From Auanema rhodensis (lineage: Eukaryota; Animalia; Nematoda): a DNA stretch of 64,000 bases. Under the pieces are notes generated by a model. The model was not told the origin of the DNA. It did no database searches and worked only from the letters and a program-made list of their open reading frames with translations. Every line of letters begins with the position of its first letter. Within the stretch, counting starts at the first letter, position 1. The stretch spans positions 992,001 to 1,056,000 of the forward strand of contig OZ059894.1 of assembly GCA_964057225.1 (NCBI GenBank), in the 5' to 3' direction. Positions 41,901 to 56,700 of the stretch are shown one piece after another. A program made the position numbers and the translations under genes.

Positions 41901-43600
41901 CGAATACACTATACTACTTTGAGAAACGCTTAATACAATAATTAGTTATGATCGTTTGAAAAATGATGCATTAGTGTATGTTGAGTTTCCATGTACACTC
42001 AACATTGCTTCCAAAAACATTTTGACAAAAATTTTTTCAAAAAATTTCAAAATAATTTAGCAAAAAGTAGATGTTTTTAAATTCCTTTTTTCAAGGCAAA
42101 GACGATGGACAATGTTATTCAACGAAAAAATTAATTCTTCAGGGTGAAAATCGAGGATATAAGTGTGAACTTATATCAGTTGATATCTCGGTGCATTTTT
42201 AAGCTAGCGCAAATCTGATAACACAGATCGACGCAGCTTAAAAATCCGCATCGAATGCACTATACCACATTGAGAAACGCTTTATACAAAAATTAGTTAT
42301 GATCGTTTGAAAAATGATGCATTAGTGTATGTTGAGTTTCCATGTACACTCAACATTGCTTCCAAAAACATTTTGACAAAAATTTTTTCGAAAAATTTCA
42401 AAATAATTTAGCAAAAAGTAGATGTTTTTAGATTCCTTTTTTCAAGGCAAACACGATGAACAATGTTTTTCAACGAAAAAATTAATTCTTCAGGGTGAAA
42501 ATCGAGGATATAAGTGTGAACTTATATCAGTTGATGTCTCGGTGCATTTTTAAGCTAGCGCAAATCTGATAACACAGATCGACGCAGCTTAAAAATCCGC
42601 ATCGAATGCACTATACTACATTGAGAAACGCTTAATACAAAAATTAGTTATGATCGTTTGAAAAATGATGCATTAGTGTATGTTGAGTTTCCATGTACAC
42701 TCAACATTGCTTCCAAAAACATTTTGACAAAAATTTTTTCAAAAAATTTCAAGATAATTTAGCAAAAAGTATATGTTTTTAGATTCCTTTTTTCAAAGCA
42801 AAGACGATGGACAATGTTATTCAACGAAAAAATTAATTCTTCAGGGTGAAAATCGAGGATATAAGTGTGAACTTATATCAGTTGATATCTCGGTGCATTT
42901 TTAAGCTAGCGCAAATCTGATAACACAGATCGACGCAGCTTTAAAATCCGCATCGAATGCACTATACTACTTTGAGAAACGCTTAATACAAAAATTAGTT
43001 ATGATCGTTTGAAAAATGATGCATTAGTGTATGTTGAGTTTCCATGTACACTCAACATTGCTTCCAAAAACATTTTGACAAAAATTTTTTCAAAAAATTT
43101 CAAAATAATTTAGCAAAAAGTAGATGTTTTTAAATTCCTTTTTTCAAGGCAAAGACGATGGACAATGTTATTCAACGAAAAAATTAATTCTTCAGGGTGA
43201 AAATCGAGGATATAAGTGTGAACTTATATCAGTTGATATCTCGGTGCATTTTTAAGCTAGCGCAAATCTGATAACACAGATCGACGCAGCTTAAAAATCC
43301 GCATCGAATGCACTATACTACATTGAGAAACGCTTAATACAAAAATTAGTTATGATCGTTTGAAAAATGATGCATTAGTGTATGTTGAGTTTCCATGTAC
43401 ACTCAACATTGCTTCCAAAAACATTTTGACAAAAATTTTTTCAAAAAATTTCAAAATAATTTAGCAAAAAGTAGATGTTTTTAGATTCCTTTTTTCAAGG
43501 CAAAGACGATGGACAATGTTTTTCAACGAAAAAATTAATTCTTCAGGGTGAAAATCGAGGATATAAGTGTGAACTTATATCAGTTGATATCTCGGTGCAT
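38950..43600. repeat. Partial duplication at 9-monomer offset (3159 bp)
   Basis: The aagataatttag..gtatatg..caaagc haplotype at 39594/42753 and gctttaaaat at 39783/42942. Confidence 0.8.
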
Positions 43601-43699
43601 TTTTAAGCTAGCGCAAATCTGATAACACAGATCGACGCAGCTTAAAAATCCGCATCGAATGCACTATACTACATTGAGAAACGCTTTATACAAAAATTA

Positions 43700-46600
43700 G
43701 TTATGATCGTTTGAAAAATGATGCATTAGTGTATGTTGAGTTTCCATGTACACTCAACATTGCTTCCAAAAACATTTTGACAAAAATTTTTTCGAAAAAT
43801 TTCAAAATAATTTAGCAAAAAGTAGATGTTTTTAGATTCCTTTTTTCAAGGCAAAGACGATGGACAATGTTATTCATCGAAAAAATTAATTCTTCAGGGT
43901 GAAAATCGAGGATATAAGTGTGAACTTATATCAGTTGATATCTCGGTGCATTTTTAAGCTAGCGCAAATCTGATACCACAGATCGACGCAGCTTAAAAAT
44001 CCGCATCGAATGCACTATACTACATTGAGAAACGCTTAATACAAAAATTAGTTATGATCGTTTGAAAAATGATGCATTAGTGTATGTTGAGTTTCCATGT
44101 ACACTCAACATTGCTTCCAAAAACATTTTGACGAAAATTTTTTCAAAAAATTTCAAAATAATTTAGCAAAAAGTAGATGTTTTTAGATTCCTTTTTTCAA
44201 GGCAAACACGATGGACATTGTTTTTCAACGAAAAAATTAATTCTTCAGGGTGAAAATCGAGGATATAAGTGTGAACTTATATCAGTTGATATCTCGGTGC
44301 ATTTTTAAGCTAGCGCAAATCTGATAACACAGATCGACGCAGCTTAAAAATCCGCATCGAATGCACTATACTACATTGAGAAACGCTTTATACAAAAATT
44401 AGTTATGATCGTTTGAAAAATGATGCATTAGTGTATGTTGAGTTTCCATGTACACTCAACATTGCTTCCAAAAACATTTTGACAAAAATTTTTTCGAAAA
44501 ATTTCAAAATAATTTAGCAAAAAGTAGATGTTTTTAGATTCCTTTTTTCAAGGCAAAGACGATGGACAATGTTATTCATCGAAAAAATTAATTCTTCAGG
44601 GTGAAAATCGAGGATATAAGTGTGAACTTATATCAGTTGATATCTCGGTGCATTTTTAAGCTAGCGCAAATCTGATACCACAGATCGACGCAGCTTAAAA
44701 ATCCGCATCGAATGCACTATACTACATTGAGAAACGCTTAATACAAAAATTAGTTATGATCGTTTGAAAAATGATGCATTAGTGTATGTTGAGTTTCCAT
44801 GTACACTCAACATTGCTTCCAAAAACATTTTGACGAAAATTTTTTCAAAAAATTTCAAAATAATTTAGCAAAAAGTAGATGTTTTTAGATTCCTTTTTTC
44901 AAGGCAAAGACGATGGACAATGTTATTCATCGAAAAAATTAATTCTTCAGGGTGAAAATCGAGGATATAAGTGTGAACTTATATCAGTTGATATCTCGGT
45001 GCATTTTTAAGCTAGCGCAAATCTGATACCACAGATCGACGCAGCTTAAAAATCCGCATCGAATGCACTATACTACATTGAGAAACGCTTAATACAAAAA
45101 TTAGTTATGATCGTTTGAAAAATGATGCATTAGTGTATGTTGAGTTTCCATGTACACTCAACATTGCTTCCAAAAACATTTTGACGAAAATTTTTTCAAA
45201 AAATTTCAAAATAATTTAGCAAAAAGTAGATGTTTTTAGATTCCTTTTTTCAAGGCAAACACGATGGACATTGTTTTTCAACGAAAAAATTAATTCTTCA
45301 GGGTGAAAATCGAGGATATAAGTGTGAACTTATATCAGTTGATATCTCGGTGCATTTTTAAGCTAGCGCAAATCTGATAACACAGATCGACGCAGCTTAA
45401 AAATCCGCATCGAATGCACTATACTACATTGAGAAACGCTTTATACAAAAATTAGTTATGATCGTTTGAAAAATGATGCATTAGTGTATGTTGAGTTTCC
45501 ATGTACACTCAACATTGCTTCCAAAAACATTTTGACAAAAATTTTTTCGAAAAATTTCAAAATAATTTAGCAAAAAGTAGATGTTTTTAGATTCCTTTTT
45601 TCAAGGCAAAGACGATGGACAATGTTATTCATCGAAAAAATTAATTCTTCAGGGTGAAAATCGAGGATATAAGTGTGAACTTATATCAGTTGATATCTCG
45701 GTGCATTTTTAAGCTAGCGCAAATCTGATACCACAGATCGACGCAGCTTAAAAATCCGCATCGAATGCACTATACTACATTGAGAAACGCTTAATACAAA
45801 AATTAGTTATGATCGTTTGAAAAATGATGCATTAGTGTATGTTGAGTTTCCATGTACACTCAACATTGCTTCCAAAAACATTTTGACGAAAATTTTTTCA
45901 AAAAATTTCAAAATAATTTAGCAAAAAGTAGATGTTTTTAGATTCCTTTTTTCAAGGCAAACACGATGGACATTGTTTTTCAACGAAAAAATTAATTCTT
46001 CAGGGTGAAAATCGAGGATATAAGTGTGAACATATATCAGTTGATATCTCGGTGCATTTTTAAGCTAGCGCAAATCTGATAACACAGATCGACGCAGCTT
46101 AAAAATCCGCATCGAATGCACTATACCACATTGAGAAACGCTTTATACAAAAATTAGTTATGATCGTTTGAAAAATGATGCATTAGTGTATGTTGAGTTT
46201 CCATGTACACTCAACATTGCTTCCAAAAACATTTTGACAAAAATTTTTTCGAAAAATTTCAAAATAATTTAGCAAAAAGTAGATGTTTTTAGATTCCTTT
46301 TTTCAAGGCAAAGACGATGGACAATGTTATTCATCGAAAAAATTAATTCTTCAGGGTGAAAATCGAGGATATAAGTGTGAACTTATATCAGTTGATATCT
46401 CGGTGCATTTTTAAGCTAGCGCAAATCTGATACCACAGATCGACGCAGCTTAAAAATCCGCATCGAATGCACTATACTACATTGAGAAACGCTTAATACA
46501 AAAATTAGTTATGATCGTTTGAAAAATGATGCATTAGTGTATGTTGAGTTTCCATGTACACTCAACATTGCTTCCAAAAACATTTTGACGAAAATTTTTT

Positions 46601-47600
46601 CAAAAAATTTCAAAATAATTTAGCAAAAAGTAGATGTTTTTAGATTCCTTTTTTCAAGGCAAAGACGATGGACAATGTTATTCATCGAAAAAATTAATTC
46701 TTCAGGGTGAAAATCGAGGATATAAGTGTGAACTTATATCAGTTGATATCTCGGTGCATTTTTAAGCTAGCGCAAATCTGATACCACAGATCGACGCAGC
46801 TTAAAAATCCGCATCGAATGCACTATACTACATTGAGAAACGCTTAATACAAAAATTAGTTATGATCGTTTGAAAAATGATGCATTAGTGTATGTTGAGT
46901 TTCCATGTACACTCAACATTGCTTCCAAAAACATTTTGACGAAAATTTTTTCAAAAAATTTCAAAATAATTTAGCAAAAAGTAGATGTTTTTAGATTCCT
47001 TTTTTCAAGGCAAACACGATGGACATTGTTTTTCAACGAAAAAATTAATTCTTCAGGGTGAAAATCGAGGATATAAGTGTGAACTTATATCAGTTGATAT
47101 CTCGGTGCATTTTTAAGCTAGCGCAAATCTGATAACACAGATCGACGCAGCTTAAAAATCCGCATCGAATGCACTATACTACATTGAGAAACGCTTAATA
47201 CAAAAATTAGTTATGATCGTTTGAAAAATGATGCATTAGTGTATGTTGAGTTTCCATGTACACTCAACATTGCTTCCAAAAACATTTTGACAAAAATTTT
47301 TTCGAAAAATTTCAAAATAATTTAGCAAAAAGTAGATGTTTTTAGATTCCTTTTTTCAAGGCAAAGACGATGGACAATGTTATTCATCGAAAAAATTAAT
47401 TCTTCAGGGTGAAAATCGAGGATATAAGTGTGAACTTATATCAGTTGATATCTCGGTGCATTTTTAAGCTAGCGCAAATCTGATACCACAGATCGACGCA
47501 GCTTAAAAATCCGCATCGAATGCACTATACTACATTGAGAAACGCTTAATACAAAAATTAGTTATGATCGTTTGAAAAATGATGCATTAGTGTATGTTGA
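43700..47600. repeat. 5-mer (1755 bp) built from 2+1+2 monomer units
   Basis: ttcatcga at 43877, 44579, 44930, 45632, 46334, 46685, 47387 (spacing 702, 351, 702, 702, 351, 702), each followed by gataccac. Confidence 0.87.
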
Positions 47601-48899
47601 GTTTCCATGTACACTCAACATTGCTTCCAAAAACATTTTGACAAAAATTTTTTCAAAAAATTTCAAAATAATTTAGCAAAAAGTAGATGTTTTTAGATTC
47701 CTTTTTTCAAGGCAAAGACGATGGACAATGTTTTTCAACGAAAAAATTAATTCTTCAGGGTGAAAATCGAGGATATAAGTGTGAACTTATATCAGTTGAT
47801 GTCTCGGTGCATTTTTAAGCTAGCGCAAATCTGATAACACAGATCGACGCAGCTTAAAAATCCGCATCGAATGCACTATACTACATTGAGAAACGCTTAA
47901 TACAAAAATTAGTTATGATCGTTTGAAAAATGATGCATTAGTGTATGTTGAGTTTCCATGTACACTCAACATTGCTTCCAAAAACATTTTGACAAAAATT
48001 TTTTCGAAAAATTTCAAAATAATTTAGCAAAAAGTAGATGTTTTTAGATTCCTTTTTTCAAGGCAAACACGATGAACAATGTTTTTCAACGAAAAAATTA
48101 ATTCTTCAGGGTGAAAATCGAGGATATAAGTGTGAACTTATATCAGTTGATGTCTCGGTGCATTTTTAAGCTAGCGCAAATCTGATAACACAGATCGACG
48201 CAGCTTAAAAATCCGCATCGAATGCACTATACTACATTGAGAAACGCTTAATACAAAAATTAGTTATGATCGTTTGAAAAATGATGCATTAGTGTATGTT
48301 GAGTTTCCATGTACACTCAACATTGCTTCCAAAAACATTTTGACAAAAATTTTTTCGAAAAATTTCAAAATAATTTAGCAAAAAGTAGATGTTTTTAGAT
48401 TCCTTTTTTCAAGGCAAACACGATGAACATTGTTTTTCAACGAAAAAATTAATTCTTCAGGGTGAAAATCGAGGATATAAGTGTGAACTTATATCAGTTG
48501 ATGTCTCGGTGCATTTTTAAGCTAGCGCAAATCTGATAACACAGATCGACGCAGCTTAAAAATCCGCATCGAATGCACTATACTACATTAAGAAACGCTT
48601 AATACAAAAATTAGTTATGATCGTTTGAAAAATGATGCATTAGTGTATGTTGAGTTTCCATGTACACTCAACATTGCTTCCAAAAACATTTTGACGAAAA
48701 TTTTTTCAAAAAATTTCAAAATAATTTAGCAAAAAGTAGATGTTTTTAGATTCCTTTTTTCAAGGCAAACACGATGGACATTGTTTTTCAACGAAAAAAT
48801 TAATTCTTCAGGGTGAAAATCGAGGATATAAGTGTGAACTTATATCAGTTGATATCTCGGTGCATTTTTAAGCTAGCGCAAATCTGATAACACAGATCG

Positions 48900-51150
48900 A
48901 CGCAGCTTAAAAATCCGCATCGAATGCACTATACCACATTGAGAAACGCTTTATACAAAAATTAGTTATGATCGTTTGAAAAATGATGCATTAGTGTATG
49001 TTGAGTTTCCATGTACACTCAACATTGCTTCCAAAAACATTTTGACAAAAATTTTTTCGAAAAATTTTAAAATAATTTAGCAAAAAGTAGATGTTTTTAG
49101 ATTCCTTTTTTCAAGGCGAAGACGATGGACAATGTTATTCAACGAAAAAATTAATTCTTCAGGGTGAAAATCGAGGATATAAGTGTGAACTTATATCAGT
49201 TGATATCTCGGTGCATTTTTATGCTAGCGCAAATCTGATAACACAGATCGACGCAGCTTAAAACCCGCATCGAATGCACTATACTACTTTGAGAAACGCT
49301 TAATACAAAAATTAGTTATGATCGTTTGAAAAATGATGCATTAGTGTATGTTGAGTTTCCATGTACACTCAACATTGCTTCCAAAAACATTTTGACAAAA
49401 ATTTTTTCAAAAAATTTCAAAATAATTTAGCAAAAAGTAGATGTTTTTAAATTCCTTTTTTCAAGGCAAAGACGATGGACAATGTTATTCAACGAAAAAA
49501 TTAATTCTTCAGGGTGAAAATCGAATATATAAGTGTGAACTTATATCAGTTGATATCTCGGTGCATTTTTAAGCTAGCGCAAATCTGATAACACAGATCG
49601 ACGCAGCTTAAAAATCCGCATCGAATGCACTATACTACATTGAGAAACGCTTAATACAAAAATTAGTTATGATCGTTTGAAAAATGATGCATTAGTGTAT
49701 GTTGAGTTTCCATGTACACTCAACATTGCTTCCAAAAACATTTTGACAAAAATTTTTTCAAAAAATTTCAAAATAATTTAGCAAAAAGTAGATGTTTTTA
49801 GATTCCTTTTTTCAAGGCGAAGACGATGGACAATGTTATTCAACGAAAAAATTAATTCTTCAGGGTGAAAATCGAGGATATAAGTGTGAACTTATATCAG
49901 TTGATATCTCGGTGCATTTTTAAGCTAGCGCAAATCTGATAACACAGATCGACGCAGCTTAAAAATCCGCATCGAATGCACTATACTACTTTGAGAAACG
50001 CTTAATACAAAAATTAGTTATGATCGTTTGAAAAATGATGCATTAGTGTATGTTGAGTTTCCATGTACACTCAACATTGCTTCCAAAAACATTTTGACGA
50101 AAATTTTTTCAAAAAATTTCAAAATAATTTAGCAAAAAGTAGATGTTTTTAGATTCCTTTTTTCAAGGCGAAGACGATGGACAATGTTATTCAACGAAAA
50201 AATTAATTCTTCAGGGTGAAAATCGAGGATATAAGTGTGAACTTATATCAGTTGATATCTCGGTGCATTTTTAAGCTAGCGCAAATCTGATAACACAGAT
50301 CGACGCAGCTTAAAAATCCGCATCGAATGCACTATACCACATTGAGAAACGCTTAATACAAAAATTAGTTATGATCGTTTGAAAAATGATGCATTAGTGT
50401 ATGTTGAGTTTCCATGTACACTCAACATTGCTTCCAAAAACATTTTGACAAAAATTTTTTCGAAAAATTTTAAAATAATTTAGCAAAAAGTAGATGTTTT
50501 TAGATTCCTTTTTTCAAGGCGAAGACGATGGACAATGTTATTCAACGAAAAAATTAATTCTTCAGGGTGAAAATCGAGGATATAAGTGTGAACTTATATC
50601 AGTTGATATCTCGGTGCATTTTTAAGCTAGCGCAAATCTGATAACACAGATCGACGCAGCTTAAAAATCCGCATCGAATGCACTATACTACATTGAGAAA
50701 CGCTTTATACAAAAATTAGTTATGATCGTTTGAAAAATGATGCATTAGTGTATGTTGAGTTTCCATGTACACTCAACATTGCTTCCAAAAACATTTTGAC
50801 AAAAATTTTTTCAAAAAATTTCAAAATAATTTAGCAAAAAGTAGATGTTTTTAAATTCCTTTTTTCAAGGCAAAGACGATGGACAATGTTATTCAACGAA
50901 AAAATTAATTCTTCAGGGTGAAAATCGAATATATAAGTGTGAACTTATATCAGTTGATATCTCGGTGCATTTTTAAGCTAGCGCAAATCTGATAACACAG
51001 ATCGACGCAGCTTAAAAATCCGCATCGAATGCACTATACTACATTGAGAAACGCTTAATACAAAAATTAGTTATGATCGTTTGAAAAATGATGCATTAGT
51101 GTATGTTGAGTTTCCATGTACACTCAACATTGCTTCCAAAAACATTTTGA
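48900..51150. repeat. Diverged 4-mer duplication (1403-1404 bp)
   Basis: aattttaaa 49068/50471, ggcgaag 49118/50521, cgaatat 49525/50929. Confidence 0.8.
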
Positions 51151-53709
51151 CAAAAATTTTTTCGAAAAATTTCAAAATAATTTAGCAAAAAGTAGATGTT
51201 TTTAGATTCCTTTTTTCAAGGCAAAGACGATGGACAATGTTTTTCAACGAAAAAATTAATTCTTCAGGGTGAAAATCGAGGATATAAGTGTGAACTTATA
51301 TCAGTTGATATCTCGGTGCATTTTTAAGCTAGCGCAAATCTGATAACACAGATCGACGCAGCTTAAAAATCCGCATCGAATGCACTATACTACATTGAGA
51401 AACGCTTAATACAAAAATTAGTTATGATCGTTTGAAAAATGATGCATTAGTGTATGTTGAGTTTCCATGTACACTCAACATTGCTTCCAAAAACATTTTG
51501 ACAAAAATTTTTTCAAAAAATTTCAAAATAATTTAGCAAAAAGTAGATGTTTTTAGATTCCTTTTTTCAAGGCGAAGACGATGGACAATGTTATTCAACG
51601 AAAAAATTAATTCTTCAGGGTGAAAATCGAGGATATAAGTGTGAACTTATATCAGTTGATATCTCGGTGCATTTTTAAGCTAGCGCAAATCTGATAACAC
51701 AGATCGACGCAGCTTAAAAATCCGCATCGAATGCACTATACTACTTTGAGAAACGCTTAATACAAAAATTAGTTATGATCGTTTGAAAAATGATGCATTA
51801 GTGTATGTTGAGTTTCCATGTACACTCAACATTGCTTCCAAAAACATTTTGACAAAAATTTTTTCAAAAAATTTCAAAATAATTTAGCAAAAAGTAGATG
51901 TTTTTAAATTCCTTTTTTCAAGGCAAAGACGATGGACAATGTTATTCAACGAAAAAATTAATTCTTCAGGGTGAAAATCGAGGATATAAGTGTGAACTTA
52001 TATCAGTTGATATCTCGGTGCATTTTTAAGCTAGCGCAAATCTGATAACACAGATCGACGCAGCTTAAAAATCCGCATCGAATGCACTATACTACATTGA
52101 GAAACGCTTAATACAAAAATTAGTTATGATCGTTTGAAAAATGATGCATTAGTGTATGTTGAGTTTCCATGTACACTCAACATTGCTTCCAAAAACATTT
52201 TGACAAAAATTTTTTCGAAAAATTTCAAAATAATTTAGCAAAAAGTAGATGTTTTTAGATTCCTTTTTTCAAGGCAAAGACGATGGACAATGTTTTTCAA
52301 CGAAAAAATTAATTCTTCAGGGTGAAAATCGAGGATATAAGTGTGAACTTATATCAGTTGATATCTCGGTGCATTTTTAAGCTAGCGCAAATCTGATAAC
52401 ACAGATCGACGCAGCTTAAAAATCCGCATCGAATGCACTATACTACATTGAGAAACGCTTTATACAAAAATTAGTTATGATCGTTTGAAAAATGATGCAT
52501 TAGTGTATGTTGAGTTTCCATGTACACTCAACATTGCTTCCAAAAACATTTTGACAAAAATTTTTTCGAAAAATTTCAAAATAATTTAGCTGAAAGTAGA
52601 TGTTTTTAGATTCCTTTTTTCAAGGCGAACACGATGAACAATGTTTTTCAACGAAAAAATTAATTCTTCAGGGTGAAAATCGAGGATATAAGTGTGAACT
52701 TATATCAGTTGATGTCTCGGTGCATTTTTAAGCTAGCGCAAATCTGATAACACAGATCGACGCAGCTTAAAAATCCGCATCGAATGCACTATACTACATT
52801 GAGAAACGCTTAATACAAAAATTAGTTATGATCGTTTGAAAAATGATGCATTAGTGTATGTTGAGTTTCCATGTACACTCAACATTGCTTCCAAAAACAT
52901 TTTGACGAAAATTTTTTCAAAAAATTTCAAAATAATTTAGCAAAAAGTAGATGTTTTTAGATTCCTTTTTTCAAGGCAAACACGATGGACATTGTTTTTC
53001 AACGAAAAAATTAATTCTTCAGGGTGAAAATCGAGGATATAAGTGTGAACTTATATCAGTTGATATCTCGGTGCATTTTTAAGCTAGCGCAAATCTGATA
53101 ACACAGATCGACGCAGCTTAAAAATCCGCATCGAATGCACTATACCACATTGAGAAACGCTTTATACAAAAATTAGTTATGATCGTTTGAAAAATGATGC
53201 ATTAGTGTATGTTGAGTTTCCATGTACACTCAACATTGCTTCCAAAAACATTTTGACAAAAATTTTTTCGAAAAATTTCAAAATAATTTAGCAAAAAGTA
53301 GATGTTTTTAGATTCCTTTTTTCAAGGCAAACACGATGAACAATGTTTTTCAACGAAAAAATTAATTCTTCAGGGTGAAAATCGAGGATATAAGTGTGAA
53401 CTTATATCAGTTGATGTCTCGGTGCATTTTTAAGCTAGCGCAAATCTGATAACACAGATCGACGCAGCTTAAAAATCCGCATCGAATGCACTATACTACA
53501 TTGAGAAACGCTTAATACAAAAATTAGTTATGATCGTTTGAAAAATGATGCATTAGTGTATGTTGAGTTTCCATGTACACTCAACATTGCTTCCAAAAAC
53601 ATTTTGACAAAAATTTTTTCAAAAAATTTCAAAATAATTTAGCAAAAAGTAGATGTTTTTAGATTCCTTTTTTCAAGGCAAAGACGATGGACAATGTTAT
53701 TCAACGAAA

Positions 53710-56700
53710 AAATTAATTCTTCAGGGTGAAAATCGAGGATATAAGTGTGAACTTATATCAGTTGATATCTCGGTGCATTTTTAAGCTAGCGCAAATCTGA
53801 TAACACAGATCGACGCAGCTTAAAAATCCGCATCGAATGCACTATACTACATTGAGAAACGCTTTATACAAAAATTAGTTATGATCGTTTGAAAAATGAT
53901 GCATTAGTGTATGTTGAGTTTCCATGTACACTCAACATTGCTTCCAAAAACATTTTGACAAAAATTTTTTCGAAAAATTTCAAAATAATTTAGCAAAAAG
54001 TAGATGTTTTTAGATTCCTTTTTTCAAGGCAAAGACGATGGACAATGTTTTTCAACGAAAAAATTAATTCTTCAGGGTGAAAATCGAGGATATAAGTGTG
54101 AACTTATATCAGTTGATATCTCGGTGCATTTTTAAGCTAGCGCAAATCTGATAACACAGATCGACGCAGCTTAAAAATCCGCATCGAATGCACTATACTA
54201 CATTGAGAAACGCTTTATACAAAAATTAGTTATGATCGTTTGAAAAATGATGCATTAGTGTATGTTGAGTTTCCATGTACACTCAACATTGCTTCCAAAA
54301 ACATTTTGACAAAAATTTTTTCGAAAAATTTCAAAATAATTTAGCAAAAAGTAGATGTTTTTAGATTCCTTTTTTCAAGGCAAAGACGATGGACAATGTT
54401 TTTCAACGAAAAAATTAATTCTTCAGGGTGAAAATCGAGGATATAAGTGTGAACTTATATCAGTTGATATCTCGGTGCATTTTTAAGCTAGCGCAAATCT
54501 GATAACACAGATCGACGCAGCTTAAAAATCCGCATCGAATGCACTATACTACATTGAGAAACGCTTAATACAAAAATTAGTTATGATCGTTTGAAAAATG
54601 ATGCATTAGTGTATGTTGAGTTTCCATGTACACTCAACATTGCTTCCAAAAACATTTTGACGAAAATTTTTTCAAAAAATTTCAAAATAATTTAGCAAAA
54701 AGTAGATGTTTTTAGATTCCTTTTTTCAAGGCAAACACGATGGACATTGTTTTTCAACGAAAAAATTAATTCTTCAGGGTGAAAATCGAGGATATAAGTG
54801 TGAACTTATATCAGTTGATATCTCGGTGCATTTTTAAGCTAGCGCAAATCTGATAACACAGATCGACGCAGCTTAAAAATCCGCATCGAATGCACTATAC
54901 CACATTGAGAAACGCTTTATACAAAAATTAGTTATGATCGTTTGAAAAATGATGCATTAGTGTATGTTGAGTTTCCATGTACACTCAACATTGCTTCCAA
55001 AAACATTTTGACAAAAATTTTTTCGAAAAATTTCAAAATAATTTAGCAAAAAGTAGATGTTTTTAGATTCCTTTTTTCAAGGCAAACACGATGAACAATG
55101 TTTTTCAACGAAAAAATTAATTCTTCAGGGTGAAAATCGAGGATATAAGTGTGAACTTATATCAGTTGATGTCTCGGTGCATTTTTAAGCTAGCGCAAAT
55201 CTGATAACACAGATCGACGCAGCTTAAAAATCCGCATCGAATGCACTATACTACATTGAGAAACGCTTAATACAAAAATTAGTTATGATCGTTTGAAAAA
55301 TGATGCATTAGTGTATGTTGAGTTTCCATGTACACTCAACATTGCTTCCAAAAACATTTTGACAAAAATTTTTTCAAAAAATTTCAAAATAATTTAGCAA
55401 AAAGTAGATGTTTTTAGATTCCTTTTTTCAAGGCAAAGACGATGGACAATGTTATTCAACGAAAAAATTAATTCTTCAGGGTGAAAATCGAGGATATAAG
55501 TGTGAACTTATATCAGTTGATATCTCGGTGCATTTTTAAGCTAGCGCAAATCTGATAACACAGATCGACGCAGCTTAAAAATCCGCATCGAATGCACTAT
55601 ACTACTTCGAGAAACGCTTAATACAAAAATTAGTTATGATCGTTTGAAAAATGATGCATTAGTGTATGTTGAGTTTCCATGTACACTCAACATTGCTTCC
55701 AAAAACATTTTGACAAAAATTTTTTCAAAAAATTTCAAAATAATTTAGCAAAAAGTAGATGTTTTTAAATTCCTTTTTTCAAGGCAAAGACGATGGACAA
55801 TGTTATTCAACGAAAAAATTAATTCTTCAGGGTGAAAATCGAGGATATAAGTGTGAACTTATATCAGTTGATATCTCGGTGCATTTTTAAGCTAGCGCAA
55901 ATCTGATAACACAGATCGACGCAGCTTAAAAATCCGCATCGAATGCACTATACTACATTGAGAAACGCTTTATACAAAAATTAGTTATGATCGTTTGAAA
56001 AATGATGCATTAGTGTATGTTGAGTTTCCATGTACACTCAACATTGCTTCCAAAAACATTTTGACAAAAATTTTTTCGAAACATTTCAAAATAATTTAGC
56101 AAAAAGTAGATGTTTTTAGATTCCTTTTTTCAAGGCAAAGACGATGGACAATGTTTTTCAACGAAAAAATTAATTCTTCAGGGTGAAAATCGAGGATATA
56201 AGTGTGAACTTATATCAGTTGATATCTCGGTGCATTTTTAAGCTAGCGCAAATCTGATAACACAGATCGACGCAGCTTAAAAATCCGCATCGAATGCACT
56301 ATACTACATTGAGAAACGCTTTATACAAAAATTAGTTATGATCGTTTGAAAAATGATGCATTAGTGTATGTTGAGTTTCCATGTACACTCAACATTGCTT
56401 CCAAAAACATTTTGACAAAAATTTTTTCGAAAAATTTCAAAATAATTTAGCAAAAAGTAGATGTTTTTAGATTCCTTTTTTTAAGGCAAAGACGATGGAC
56501 AATGTTATTCATCGAAAAAATTAATTCTTCAGGGTGAAAATCGAGGATATAAGTGTGAACTTATATCAGTTGATATCTCGGTGCATTTTCAAGCTAGCGC
56601 AAATCTGATACCACAGATCGACGCAGCTTAAAAATCCGCATCGAATGCACTATACTACATTGAGAAACGCTTAATACAAAAATTAGTTATGATCGTTTGA

